NCBI GenBank assembly: GCA_030649135.1
Contig: JAUSGI010000004.1
Coordinates: forward strand, 34,089 to 98,088
Source of the DNA: a bacterium
Lineage (GTDB): Bacteria > Patescibacteriota > Minisyncoccia > Phycocordibacterales > Zambryskibacteraceae
Direction: 5' to 3'
DNA: 64,000 nt
A program made the translations under genes and the position numbers. Of the stretch, positions 31,134 to 39,939 are shown one piece after another. Under the pieces are notes generated by a model. It did no database searches and was not told the DNA's origin. It saw only the letters and a list, made by a program, of their open reading frames with translations. How positions within the stretch are numbered: position 1 is the first letter of the stretch; each line of letters opens with the position of its first letter.

Positions 31134-31766
31134 ATGGATGAAATAACAAATACAATTATTCCCGTTGACCCGGCTCCGACTATTCCCGTTCCTGCTAAAA
31201 GCCATGATAGCCGAGACAATAGGCCTGCCCGCCCTCACGATAGTTCGGGAGCAGGCGGGGGGGATAAAGGGAAGAGACCGGGACGTCGTTCGTCACGACG
31301 CGATACGCGCACCAAGCCGGAATTTGACCAAAAAATTGTCAGTCTTCGCCGTGTGACTCGCGTGATGGCCGGTGGCAGACGTTTCAGTTTTTCGGTTTGC
31401 TTAGTGGCAGGCAACAGAAAAGGGTCTGTGGGTGTCGGTCAGGGCAAGGCCTCGGATACGCCGCTTGCGATAGAGAAAGCTTTTCGTGATGCCAAGAAAC
31501 ATATGATTACGGTCAATACCACCAAGGAGATGTCCATTCCGCACGAGGTGGAAGCGAAATATGCTTCTTCGCGCGTTAAAATTATGCCGGCACGGGGTAA
31601 GGGGATTCTGGCCGGTAGTTCCGTGCGCACAGTACTCGAGCTTGCCGGTCTTCGGGAGATAGGCGCCAAGCTTTTCTCCAGAAGCAAAAATAGCGCCAAC
31701 AATGCCTACGTGGCCATCAAAGCGCTTAAACAACTCGAGGCTACTAAAATAAGAGACTATAAATAG
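31134..31766 (+). CDS. rpsE: 30S ribosomal protein S5 with ~55-aa Pro/Arg-rich N-terminal extension
   Basis: conserved core V..RRV.RV..GGRRFSF; extension is G+C-richer than core. Confidence 0.9.
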   Translation: MDEITNTIIPVDPAPTIPVPAKSHDSRDNRPARPHDSSGAGGGDKGKRPGRRSSRRDTRTKPEFDQKIVSLRRVTRVMAGGRRFSFSVCLVAGNRKGSVGVGQGKASDTPLAIEKAFRDAKKHMITVNTTKEMSIPHEVEAKYASSRVKIMPARGKGILAGSSVRTVLELAGLREIGAKLFSRSKNSANNAYVAIKALKQLEATKIRDYK

Positions 31767-31767
31767 T

Positions 31768-32040
31768 ATGCAATTTCATAATCTTCAAGCTCGGACGAAG
31801 AGGAAATATTCACGACAAGTGGGGCGTGGCGGTACTCGTGGCAAAACATCCGGCCGCGGCACTAAGGGTCAGAATGCCCGCGCCGGTCGGAAAAAGCGAC
31901 CGGAGTTACGCGATATTATTAAACGCATACCGAAACTACGCGGTCGTGGCAAGTCATCTCTAAAGTCCTTCCAACCAAGGCTTGATGGACGAGCCCTTAA
32001 GGAATTTTTGGCCAAAAAGAAACTTAATGTTAAAACTTAG
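31768..32040 (+). CDS. rplO: 50S ribosomal protein L15 (truncated/short, 90 aa)
   Basis: Gly/Arg-rich L15 N-terminal domain (RGGTRGKTSGRGTKGQ); C-terminal part absent; overlaps secY start. Confidence 0.65.
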   Translation: MQFHNLQARTKRKYSRQVGRGGTRGKTSGRGTKGQNARAGRKKRPELRDIIKRIPKLRGRGKSSLKSFQPRLDGRALKEFLAKKKLNVKT

Positions 32041-33298
32041 TGAGAAATTAAGACTGATTGTCCGGGATGAGTCGCTGCGAAAGCGGTTGCTTTTTGTGCT
32101 CGGCATTCTGGCCGTGACGCGCTTGTTTGCCATTGTTCCCATTCCGGGGATTGATACTTCGCGCCTCCAGAGTCTCTTCGCCGGGTCTGAATTTCTCAAC
32201 CTGTTGAATGTCTTCTCCGGTGGCGGCCTGTCGAATCTATCCATCGTTATGCTCGGAGTTGGTCCATACATCACGGCCTCGATTATCATGCAATTGCTAA
32301 CTGTCATGGTGCCGAAGTTCAAGGCGCTTAGTCAAGAAGAAGGAGAGGCGGGTCGACGTCGGTTCGCTCAATATTCTCGGCTTCTGACGGTGCCTTTGGC
32401 GGTCATCCAAGGCTATACCTTTATCAAATTACTCCAGGGGCAGAACATATTGCCGCCACTTCCTATCAATATTTTCTTGGTGGATATCCTGGTGATTGTA
32501 GCCGGGTCGATGCTCTTGATGTGGCTTGGCGAGCTTATTACGGAATTCGGGGTAGGTAATGGTGTTTCCCTCATCATTTTTGCCGGTATTATTTCACGAC
32601 TGCCTACGGTGGCTGGCCAACTGATTTTTACCTTTGATCTGGCGCAACTGCCGATTTATCTCGTGGGTCTCGCCGTAACACTTCTTGTCATCTGGGGCGT
32701 GGTTGTGGTAACGGAGGCAGAGCGGCCGATACCAATTACTTACGCCAAACAAGTCAGAGGAGGGCGCAGTTATAGCGGTCTTTCCACCTATTTGCCCTTA
32801 CGCGTCAATCAGGCCGGCGTTATCCCTATTATTTTTGCCCTCTCGATTCTGCTTTTTCCTCAAATGATTTTCCAATTTTTAACCCAATCGACTGTGGCTG
32901 TCATAGCGGATGCCGCCAGTTTTGCGCTGGTACTGCTCTCTAATAATTGGTTTTACACTTCCGCCTACTTCGTGCTGGTCTTCCTTTTCACTTACTTCTA
33001 CACCGCCGTTACTTTCGACCCTGACTCCATCGCCACCAATCTCCAGAAATCCGGCGCCTTTGTTCCCGGGGTGCGACCGGGCACGGCTACCTCCGAATAT
33101 ATCTCACGCGTGCTTATCCGACTGACATTGGTCGGGGCGCTCTTCTTGGGCGTAATCGCTATCTTGCCCCTCATTTTACGCTCCCTGACAGGCATTCAAG
33201 CCTTGGCTATCGGAGGTACCGCCCTTCTTATCGTGGTCTCGGTAGTGATTGATTTAATAAAAAAGGTGGACGCCCAGGTTTCGGCACGCGAGTACTAA
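32027..33298 (+). CDS. secY: preprotein translocase SecY
   Basis: 10-TM SecY pattern; start reset to Met at 32027 (ORF track begins 31982). Confidence 0.9.
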   Translation: MLKLSEKLRLIVRDESLRKRLLFVLGILAVTRLFAIVPIPGIDTSRLQSLFAGSEFLNLLNVFSGGGLSNLSIVMLGVGPYITASIIMQLLTVMVPKFKALSQEEGEAGRRRFAQYSRLLTVPLAVIQGYTFIKLLQGQNILPPLPINIFLVDILVIVAGSMLLMWLGELITEFGVGNGVSLIIFAGIISRLPTVAGQLIFTFDLAQLPIYLVGLAVTLLVIWGVVVVTEAERPIPITYAKQVRGGRSYSGLSTYLPLRVNQAGVIPIIFALSILLFPQMIFQFLTQSTVAVIADAASFALVLLSNNWFYTSAYFVLVFLFTYFYTAVTFDPDSIATNLQKSGAFVPGVRPGTATSEYISRVLIRLTLVGALFLGVIAILPLILRSLTGIQALAIGGTALLIVVSVVIDLIKKVDAQVSAREY

Positions 33299-33317
33299 TT
33301 TGGACTATAATAGATAG

Positions 33318-33917
33318 ATGCTTCATACGATTGTTTTCATCGGTCGTTCCGGTTGCGGCAAGGGTACGCAAGCAGACCTGCTTAAAAATCATATCGCGCG
33401 CCTTGATTCCGACAAACACCAGATTCTCTATGTGGAAACCGGCGAACGCTTTCGTAGATTCATCGGTGGCGAAAGTTTTTCCTCCAAGCTTTCCAAAGAA
33501 ATCTATGAAAAGGATGAACGTCAGCCGGATTTTCTCGCTTGTTTGATGTGGGCGAGTATGCTCTCGGAAGAACTGGAGCCCGGGATGCATCTGGTTTTCG
33601 ACGGCGCCCCGCGGTCTCACACCGAAGCGGCTTTGCTTACCACCGCGCTCAAGTTTTATCAAAGAACACGTCCCACGATAATTTATCTCAATGTCAGCCG
33701 GAAGTGGTCCGAGGACCGTCTACTTAGCCGTGGCAGACAAGATGACCGGACCCTTCAGAAAATTAATAAACGTCTGGACTGGTTTGAGGCCGATACTTGG
33801 CCGGCTGTCGAATATTTTAAAACCAATAATTTTTACCGCTTTCTTGAAATTGACGGTGAACAGCCGATTAAGAAAGTGCATGCCGATATCATTGCTGCTT
33901 ATGACCAGTCGTCTTAA
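33318..33917 (+). CDS. adk: adenylate kinase
   Basis: P-loop GRSGCGKGTQ and spc-operon position. Confidence 0.85.
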   Translation: MLHTIVFIGRSGCGKGTQADLLKNHIARLDSDKHQILYVETGERFRRFIGGESFSSKLSKEIYEKDERQPDFLACLMWASMLSEELEPGMHLVFDGAPRSHTEAALLTTALKFYQRTRPTIIYLNVSRKWSEDRLLSRGRQDDRTLQKINKRLDWFEADTWPAVEYFKTNNFYRFLEIDGEQPIKKVHADIIAAYDQSS

Positions 33918-34677
33918 AACTCCCGAAGAAATAAAAATTCTCAAAGAAGGAGGCCAGAGGCTCGCGGAAATTCTTGCACTTCTTGCTTCCAAGGTTAAAC
34001 CCGGCATCTCGACCCTTCTTCTCGAAGAAGAAGCCATGCGACTGATAAAAGAGGGCGGTGATAAGCCAGCCTTCTTGGGATATCGGCCACAAGGCGCCAA
34101 GCGTCCGTTTCCCGCGTCACTTTGCGTGTCCATCAACGAAGAGATTGTCCATGGTATACCAAACGAAATTGAGAAAATTATCAAAGAGGGAGATATTGTC
34201 TCTCTGGATTTCGGCATCGTGCATCGCGGTCTCATTACCGATGCCGCCGTCACCGTGCCGGCCGGTACTATTGACGAAGAATCACGAAAGCTCATTGAGG
34301 TTACGAGAGAGGCTTTGGCAAGCGGTATTAAGGCCGCCTTGCCCGGTTCCACTATTGGCGATATTGGCGCCGCTATAAGCAGAGTTGTCCGGGCGAGCGG
34401 TTTTACTCTGGCGGATGACTTGGTTGGTCATGGTGTCGGTTATGCCGTCCACGAGGACCCGTTTGTGCCGAATGTTGGTATCGAAGGTAAAGGAGAGAGA
34501 CTGGTTCCCGGGCTAGTGATTGCTCTTGAGCCGATGGTCAATGTCGGGAAATCCGGCATTAAAGTATTACCGGATGGTTATACTATCGTTACTCGCGACG
34601 GCTCCAGGAGCGCCCACTTTGAGCACTCGATTGCAATTACAGAGAAAGGCAATATAATTCTCACATCCAATGAATAA
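33901..34677 (+). CDS. map: methionine aminopeptidase type I
   Basis: metal ligands D..D...H...E..E pattern; start reset to MTSRLKTPEE (ORF track 33691 extension overlaps adk). Confidence 0.9.
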   Translation: MTSRLKTPEEIKILKEGGQRLAEILALLASKVKPGISTLLLEEEAMRLIKEGGDKPAFLGYRPQGAKRPFPASLCVSINEEIVHGIPNEIEKIIKEGDIVSLDFGIVHRGLITDAAVTVPAGTIDEESRKLIEVTREALASGIKAALPGSTIGDIGAAISRVVRASGFTLADDLVGHGVGYAVHEDPFVPNVGIEGKGERLVPGLVIALEPMVNVGKSGIKVLPDGYTIVTRDGSRSAHFEHSIAITEKGNIILTSNE

Positions 34678-35278
34678 GCATCCCAAAAAAGAACAAACAT
34701 TTGTGGCGATAAAGCCGGATGGTATCGAGAGGGGTCTTGTCGGCGAAATCATCTCCAGATTTGAAAGAGTGGGCTTGAAACTGGTGGCCATGAAAATGAT
34801 TGTAGTGGATGAGCATCAAGTCGAAAAACACTATACTCTAGACCCGGAGTGGCGCCGCATTACGGGGGAAAAGACTATTGCGGGTTATCTCTCCAAAGGT
34901 CTGAAACCGCCGCTGGAGGACCCTCTAGCCATTACCGCCATCATCCTGGAGAACCTGAAGAAATATATGACCAGTGGCCCTGTCTTGGCGATGGTGTGGG
35001 AAGGAGCCCACGCGGTAGCTATTGTACGTAAGCTTGTCGGCGGCACCGAGCCCTTAGTATCGGATGTTGGCTCTATCAGGGGGGATTTTGTACTCGATTC
35101 GTACACTATGTCCGATGCCGACGGCAGGTCTGTACGTAACCTGGTGCACGCCTCCGGTTCGGTAGCGGAAGCGGAGAAGGAAATCAATCTGTGGTTTAAG
35201 GCGGAGGAGATCATCAATTACCGTCTGGTAGCCGAAGAGATACTTTATGACGTTAATCTGGACGGTATTTTGGAATAG
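34670..35278 (+). CDS. ndk: nucleoside diphosphate kinase with internal insertion
   Basis: FVAIKPDG..RGLVGEII.R.E..G N-term and NxxHGSD-like catalytic His region (NLVHASGS). Confidence 0.75.
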   Translation: MNKHPKKEQTFVAIKPDGIERGLVGEIISRFERVGLKLVAMKMIVVDEHQVEKHYTLDPEWRRITGEKTIAGYLSKGLKPPLEDPLAITAIILENLKKYMTSGPVLAMVWEGAHAVAIVRKLVGGTEPLVSDVGSIRGDFVLDSYTMSDADGRSVRNLVHASGSVAEAEKEINLWFKAEEIINYRLVAEEILYDVNLDGILE

Positions 35279-35574
35279 CACGATTTCAACAATAGGAATA
35301 AGGAGAAATACGAAATATTTTTAGCGGTAAGTCTATACAATATCAACAGGCAGGTTTATTTTTACGAGTTATAATGTATGCAGGGTTATTTGAGGTATTA
35401 TCTAGCTAAAATATTTTTAGGGAGTCCTAATTGTTTCGTCCCTTGGGATGAATCTGCGGACACCCACCTAGTTTTGAAACTAGGGTATACCAAAATAACC
35501 CTCCAAAAGTCCTCCGCCTTGCCCCGCCTAGATCAGGTCGGGGTGAAGCGGAGAATTTTTGTTAAAATGAATCA

Positions 35575-35967
35575 ATGAGAAAATCTTCCCTCCTCTATAC
35601 CGCTTTCGGCCTAATGGTCGCGCTTGGAACGCTGCATTTTGTCGCGGAGGCGTTTTATTTCTATTGGATTTTTTGGTGGTATGACATCATGATGCATCTC
35701 TTGGCGGGATTAGTTGGAGGACTCTTGATTGTATGGTTCGCCCGACCAGACAGCTTTTTAAAATCGATTTTCTTTGCCATCGTTTGCATGCTTGCCATAG
35801 GTATAGTCTGGGAAGTATTCGAATATGTTTACCACATAGCGCAAACCTCGGATTATTGGCAGGACACGACGCTCGACCTAATCGCGGACGTGGTAGGGGC
35901 GGCGCTGGCCTGCTTTTATGCTAGCGAACAGCGTCCAAAATCTTCTTTAGAGTCTCCGGATATTTGA
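35575..35967 (+). CDS. small membrane protein (VanZ-like?)
   Basis: 4 TM helices; weak resemblance to VanZ-like family. Confidence 0.35.
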   Translation: MRKSSLLYTAFGLMVALGTLHFVAEAFYFYWIFWWYDIMMHLLAGLVGGLLIVWFARPDSFLKSIFFAIVCMLAIGIVWEVFEYVYHIAQTSDYWQDTTLDLIADVVGAALACFYASEQRPKSSLESPDI

Positions 35968-36265
35968 GGGCGGTTTCGGCAAGAATTTTTCTATCCAGAG
36001 CGATGCCTTTCTTCTTTAACAGATAAATAAATTTTGAGTATGAAGTGCCGTTTTGTTTGAGTAGGGCAGAGAGGCGCACATTCCAGAGACGGCGGAAGTC
36101 GCCCTTCTTGTCCCTTCGGTGCTCAAAGGAATAAGTCCCGGCATGCATAATAGCTTCGTTGGCCTGTCTCTCTTTGGTCGAGCGGCCGTGTCGGTAGCCT
36201 TTCACCTTGCGGAGAATATTTTTTCTGCTCTTGAGTGCGTTTACGCCTTTCTTGACTCTTGTCAT
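35921..36265 (-). CDS. rplT: 50S ribosomal protein L20
   Basis: RVK.G....RK....AKG...R...Y..A pattern. Confidence 0.9.
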   Translation of the reverse strand: MTRVKKGVNALKSRKNILRKVKGYRHGRSTKERQANEAIMHAGTYSFEHRRDKKGDFRRLWNVRLSALLKQNGTSYSKFIYLLKKKGIALDRKILAETALKYPETLKKILDAVR

Positions 36266-36269
36266 TGGA

Positions 36270-36461
36270 CTAAAAATTAACTAAATAACGGCTTCTGGAT
36301 TTGTTGCTCATATGGAATTCGGTATCACGATTTTTGACCGACTTGACCGCGTGGCGCTCCTTGGCGTTGAAATGGTTTTGTCCGGACTTGCGCGCCAAAA
36401 GCTTGCCCGATTTGGTGAGCTTGAGGCGCTTGGTATAAGACTTATTGGTTTTCATGCTCAT
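36270..36461 (-). CDS. rpmI: 50S ribosomal protein L35
   Basis: 63-aa basic protein upstream of rplT in infC-rpmI-rplT order. Confidence 0.8.
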   Translation of the reverse strand: MSMKTNKSYTKRLKLTKSGKLLARKSGQNHFNAKERHAVKSVKNRDTEFHMSNKSRSRYLVNF

Positions 36462-36523
36462 ATTGAGCCCTACATACTACTGATTTCTGTCTGGATGTCC
36501 AGCTCGCCTGCCGATAGAGAGGT

Positions 36524-37027
36524 TTAGGCTCTCTCGATAATGGCCGTCATGCCCTTGGGGCTCTTTTTGGCAGGGTCGGCAACTTTGTAGTCGACACTCA
36601 CGAATTTGAGCATACGCTCGATGCGTTCCTTGAGGAATTTCTCATCTAGGTACTTGGCCCGCCCTGGTAAGAAGAGATCCACCTTGACGCGATTACCTTC
36701 TGTGAGCCATTCGCTGGTCTTTTTAGCTTTAAGAATTAAGTCGTGGTCACCGGTGCCGAGTTTGACCTGCACGGTCTTTACTTCTGCAGAGTGAGCTTTC
36801 TTGACCTGTTTAGACTTCTTGTTTTCTTCGTAGAGATAGCGGCCGAAGTCGGCAATCTTAGCCACCGGCGGGACGGCGTTGGGGGAAATCTCAATAAGGT
36901 CAAGTCCGAGCTCCTCGGTTTTTTTCAGAGCTTCCTCAAGAGTGAGGACACCCAGGTTTTCTCCTTTTGACCCGATAATACGCAGTTCGCGCGCTCTTAT
37001 CTGTTGATTAATACGAGGTTGTTGCAA
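36524..37027 (-). CDS. infC: translation initiation factor IF-3
   Basis: RIN..IRA.E.R.IG..GE.LGV N-term and C-terminal IF3_C; true start may be a non-AUG codon, as is usual for infC. Confidence 0.85.
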   Translation of the reverse strand: MQQPRINQQIRARELRIIGSKGENLGVLTLEEALKKTEELGLDLIEISPNAVPPVAKIADFGRYLYEENKKSKQVKKAHSAEVKTVQVKLGTGDHDLILKAKKTSEWLTEGNRVKVDLFLPGRAKYLDEKFLKERIERMLKFVSVDYKVADPAKKSPKGMTAIIERA

Positions 37028-37070
37028 CGTCTATGTATGACTTAGTATTAATACTATTGTACACTATTAT

Positions 37071-37529
37071 ATGATGGAATACAAACACAACCCGCCCACT
37101 CTAGCCGAATTGAGGCAATACCGAAAGCCCGTAAGGCATCCTTACAGAGAAGCCAAAATTTCTTTCTCTCCCTTGGAGCGTTTTGCAGTTGGTATTACTC
37201 GTGGCGTTGGTACTATGGGTTTCTTTTTTCTGCTTGTTCTCTGGACAGTGGTCTGGCTTCTCTGGAATCTCTACGGGCCTACAGAACTACGCTTCGACCC
37301 GGCGCCGGCCTTTGTCATTTGGCTCTTTGCCTCCAATATTATTCAATTGGTGCTCCTGCCACTTATCATGGTGGGGCAGAATTTGGAAGGCAAGTTTGCC
37401 GAGCATCGCGCCGAGGCGGACTTCGAGATCAATCAGAAAGCGGAACATGAAATTGAGGTCATCATTGCTCACCTCGAGAATCAAAACGAGCTTTTATTGG
37501 AATTAATCCGTAAAATAGATAGGAAATAA
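37071..37529 (+). CDS. DUF1003-family membrane protein
   Basis: 2 TM + C-terminal coiled segment typical of DUF1003. Confidence 0.45.
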   Translation: MMEYKHNPPTLAELRQYRKPVRHPYREAKISFSPLERFAVGITRGVGTMGFFFLLVLWTVVWLLWNLYGPTELRFDPAPAFVIWLFASNIIQLVLLPLIMVGQNLEGKFAEHRAEADFEINQKAEHEIEVIIAHLENQNELLLELIRKIDRK

Positions 37530-37544
37530 TTATAAAACAATACT

Positions 37545-37817
37545 ATGAAAACAATAATCCTCATTGTCTTGTTGGGTAGCCTAGTGGCTATTGGCCTAAT
37601 ATTCTACATTTCCCCTGACTTGACCATTCGTTCATTTCGCGAAGTGATTCTGCCGCAAGACACCCAGCAAGAAGGTGTGGTAGCGTGTCGAAGTATTGCC
37701 GACTGCCCATCGGGTCTTGATTGCTTTAAGCAGGCTGAAGAAACGACTGGTCTCTGTTACAAAAATGGACAAATGAGCCTTCCTACTCCTGTAGACCGAG
37801 AACCTAGCATATGGTAG
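37545..37817 (+). CDS. small secreted Cys-containing hypothetical protein
   Basis: signal-peptide-like N-terminus, 4 Cys. Confidence 0.3.
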   Translation: MKTIILIVLLGSLVAIGLIFYISPDLTIRSFREVILPQDTQQEGVVACRSIADCPSGLDCFKQAEETTGLCYKNGQMSLPTPVDREPSIW

Positions 37818-37917
37818 AAAATTTTCTCCGAAGATGATAAGAAGTAATTAAGTAGAAAAAACGAAAAGGCCTCTCGCGGTGATGCTATCACTGCGAGAGA
37901 CCCTGAACTGCCGGCTG

Positions 37918-38073
37918 CTACGGTTCGTCGACCTTGAGTACCCGGTGGTCGCCGCTCTTGACCAGGGACTCGTTGTGCGGCCGTGGTCCGAGCGGGAAAG
38001 AGATGATGAGGTAGACGAGGGTGGAGGCGATGATGAAACCAACGAGAACACTTACCAGATTATTCCAATTCAT
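37918..38073 (-). CDS. small single-TM peptide (51 aa)
   Basis: shares duplicated 5' leader/RBS (TCAACAGAAAGGAACAA..ACATG) with peptide at 38221..38346; hairpin+T-run terminator at ~37862..37900. Confidence 0.35.
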   Translation of the reverse strand: MNWNNLVSVLVGFIIASTLVYLIISFPLGPRPHNESLVKSGDHRVLKVDEP

Positions 38074-38220
38074 GTTCTTGTTCCTTTCTGTTGATTGGGT
38101 TGTCTCACATCCGGTTAGGCCACCGTGGACCAGAACTTCTGCCACACAGTGTATCTTATTTCTATCAGTTTGTCAAGTAATCAAACCGTGCTCAAAGTTG
38201 GATTGGAGTGGGCTGGTCAC

Positions 38221-38346
38221 CTACGGTCTGGTTACCAAGAAGGTGATTCCTACGGCCATCCCGACTGCAACAACGGCGAACGCAAGAAAAATAGCGATAA
38301 CTACGATGACTGAACTTCTAAGCGATCTCTGGCACCTCGTATCCAT
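38221..38346 (-). CDS. small single-TM peptide (41 aa, MDTRCQRSLRSSVIVVIAIFLAFAVVAVGMAVGITFLVTRP)
   Basis: not in ORF track (<60 aa); same leader as 37918..38073. Confidence 0.35.
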   Translation of the reverse strand: MDTRCQRSLRSSVIVVIAIFLAFAVVAVGMAVGITFLVTRP

Positions 38347-38483
38347 GTTTGTTCCTTTCTGTTGAGTTGGCGTTGTCACTGACTACAATGTTCTGCTTTG
38401 AACACTATACTTTTCTTCTAAAAATACAACAAACCGCCCGCTATTATTGTGCAAGAACCGTTCTTGCATAATTACTAAATTGA

Positions 38484-38915
38484 TTATCCTAATCTATCTT
38501 TATATAGAGCTAGAAAGTTTGGAAATTGGGAGTGGAGAGGGTGGGGTAGGGAATCTAATTTAAACCATTGCACGTCGTCAAACTTATGAGGTTCGCCGTT
38601 CTTAACCTTGTCCTTATCCACCAAAACTTTGAAGTCCAAAGCAATCCAATGAGTTTTCTTGCCATTGTGAGTTCTATGGGCGTCCCTGTAGCCGAGGAAT
38701 TCGTATCCTAAAACATCTGTGCAATATTCTTCGAAAATCTCTTTTTTGAGTGTTTCCTCTACCGTATCTCCGAATTCCAGGCTGCCACCGCCCGGATCCC
38801 AAGCGCCATGTTCGTCACGACAGTTCACACTCCTTTTGTTAAGAAGGATATTGCCGTTACCGTCATGGCAACAGTAAACGATTGTTACTCCTGTATAGTC
38901 CTCTCCTTTTTTCAT
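38484..38915 (-). CDS. NUDIX hydrolase
   Basis: Nudix box GGSLEFGDTVEETLKKEIFEE. Confidence 0.8.
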   Translation of the reverse strand: MKKGEDYTGVTIVYCCHDGNGNILLNKRSVNCRDEHGAWDPGGGSLEFGDTVEETLKKEIFEEYCTDVLGYEFLGYRDAHRTHNGKKTHWIALDFKVLVDKDKVKNGEPHKFDDVQWFKLDSLPHPLHSQFPNFLALYKDRLG

Positions 38916-38940
38916 ATGGCTATTGTATCAAAAACAAAAA

Positions 38941-38956
38941 ACACCCGATTAGGTGT
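38941..38956 (-). terminator. terminator hairpin downstream of tmRNA (bidirectional context)
   Basis: ACACCCGATTAGGTGT flanked by A-run (left) and T-run (right). Confidence 0.5.
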
Positions 38957-38972
38957 TTTTTGTTTTCTACCG

Positions 38973-39381
38973 TGGTGGAGATGGCGCGAATCGAACGCGC
39001 GTGCAAGAAGAAATCGGAGTGAAGTCTACGCGAAGTAGTTTGCTTCATTTGATTCAAGAAATGAGGTACAAAACAAACAAAAGCCCTCAAATCTCTATCC
39101 TCTAAGTTTTGAAATAAGGCGAGGAGATCTTATTCCGTAAGTCCCGTCTGAATTACACAGCTTCCCGGGCATGAGACACTCCCAGAGGCTACGTCGCAAG
39201 GCTCGAGTTAAACTCGAACGTAAGCGAAAGCGAAGTCGTTTCTCGTAAAATACGGAGAAACAATTGACTTCACTCGTGAGACAATTGAGTCTGCACTTAA
39301 ATTTTGAAGCAGATTAAAGAGTTACTTCAGCTCTTTCGCGCATCAATCCGATGAATCTCCCTGTCTAGGCCGATCATCCCC
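38973..39381 (-). ncRNA. ssrA: tmRNA (ssrA)
   Basis: 5' GGGGATG pairs with 3' CATCTCC-A-CCA including G3:U wobble; T-arm GCGCG-TTCGATT-CGCGC; sits directly downstream of smpB; internal tag-like region ...AACGACTTCGCTTTCGCTTACGTTCGAGTTTAA. Confidence 0.7.
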
Positions 39382-39426
39382 ATATTCAAATCATCGCCGA
39401 AGGCGAGATCCCGCCATAGGCGGTGA

Positions 39427-39885
39427 TTACAATGTTCTCTTCAGGTCTCTCTCGACGTCCCGCTTTTTAATCGCTTGGCGCTTATCGAATTTCTTTTTAC
39501 CACGGGCGATAGCGATGTCGAGCTTCAGAAACCTACCCTTATTATACACCGAAAGAGGGACAATTGTCAATCCTTTGGTTCCTTCCGCTATTCTTAACTC
39601 TTCCAGTTCGTCTCTGGAGAGCAGAAGTTTGCGAGTTCGCATGGGGTCATAATCTTTTGGCGCATTTTTGGGTTGATAGGCGGGAATACTGGCACCAATC
39701 AAAAAGGCTTCACCACCGCCAAGGCGGGGCAAGTTGCCTCGTATCGCCACGAATGTCCCCCTCAAACTGCATTTCCCGTCTCGCACGGACTTCACTTCCA
39801 TACCTAAAAGTTCCATGCCAGCCGTGAAGTGCTTGAGAATCTCGTAATCAAATAATGCCTTGGAATTATCCGCCAATCTTGCCAT
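39427..39885 (-). CDS. smpB: SsrA-binding protein SmpB
   Basis: SmpB core (NKKA.FDYEIL...G.EL.G.EVKS); start reset to MARLADN. Confidence 0.85.
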   Translation of the reverse strand: MARLADNSKALFDYEILKHFTAGMELLGMEVKSVRDGKCSLRGTFVAIRGNLPRLGGGEAFLIGASIPAYQPKNAPKDYDPMRTRKLLLSRDELEELRIAEGTKGLTIVPLSVYNKGRFLKLDIAIARGKKKFDKRQAIKKRDVERDLKRTL

Positions 39886-39939
39886 GACAGAATAATAGCA
39901 AAAAATAGTCAAATCTCATTTTTTCAGTATAATGCCACT

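Noticed and set aside
35378-35578. 66-aa ORF in the ndk-downstream spacer; possible structured RNA
   Set aside because: No RBS or protein features. The region contains an inverted copy of the GC-hairpin repeat, but I could not fold it into any known ncRNA, so left unannotated.
37879-38094. Plus-strand 71-aa acidic ORF
   Set aside because: Antisense to the small TM-peptide gene, which has the duplicated leader/RBS and a terminator. Kept as less likely but not excluded.
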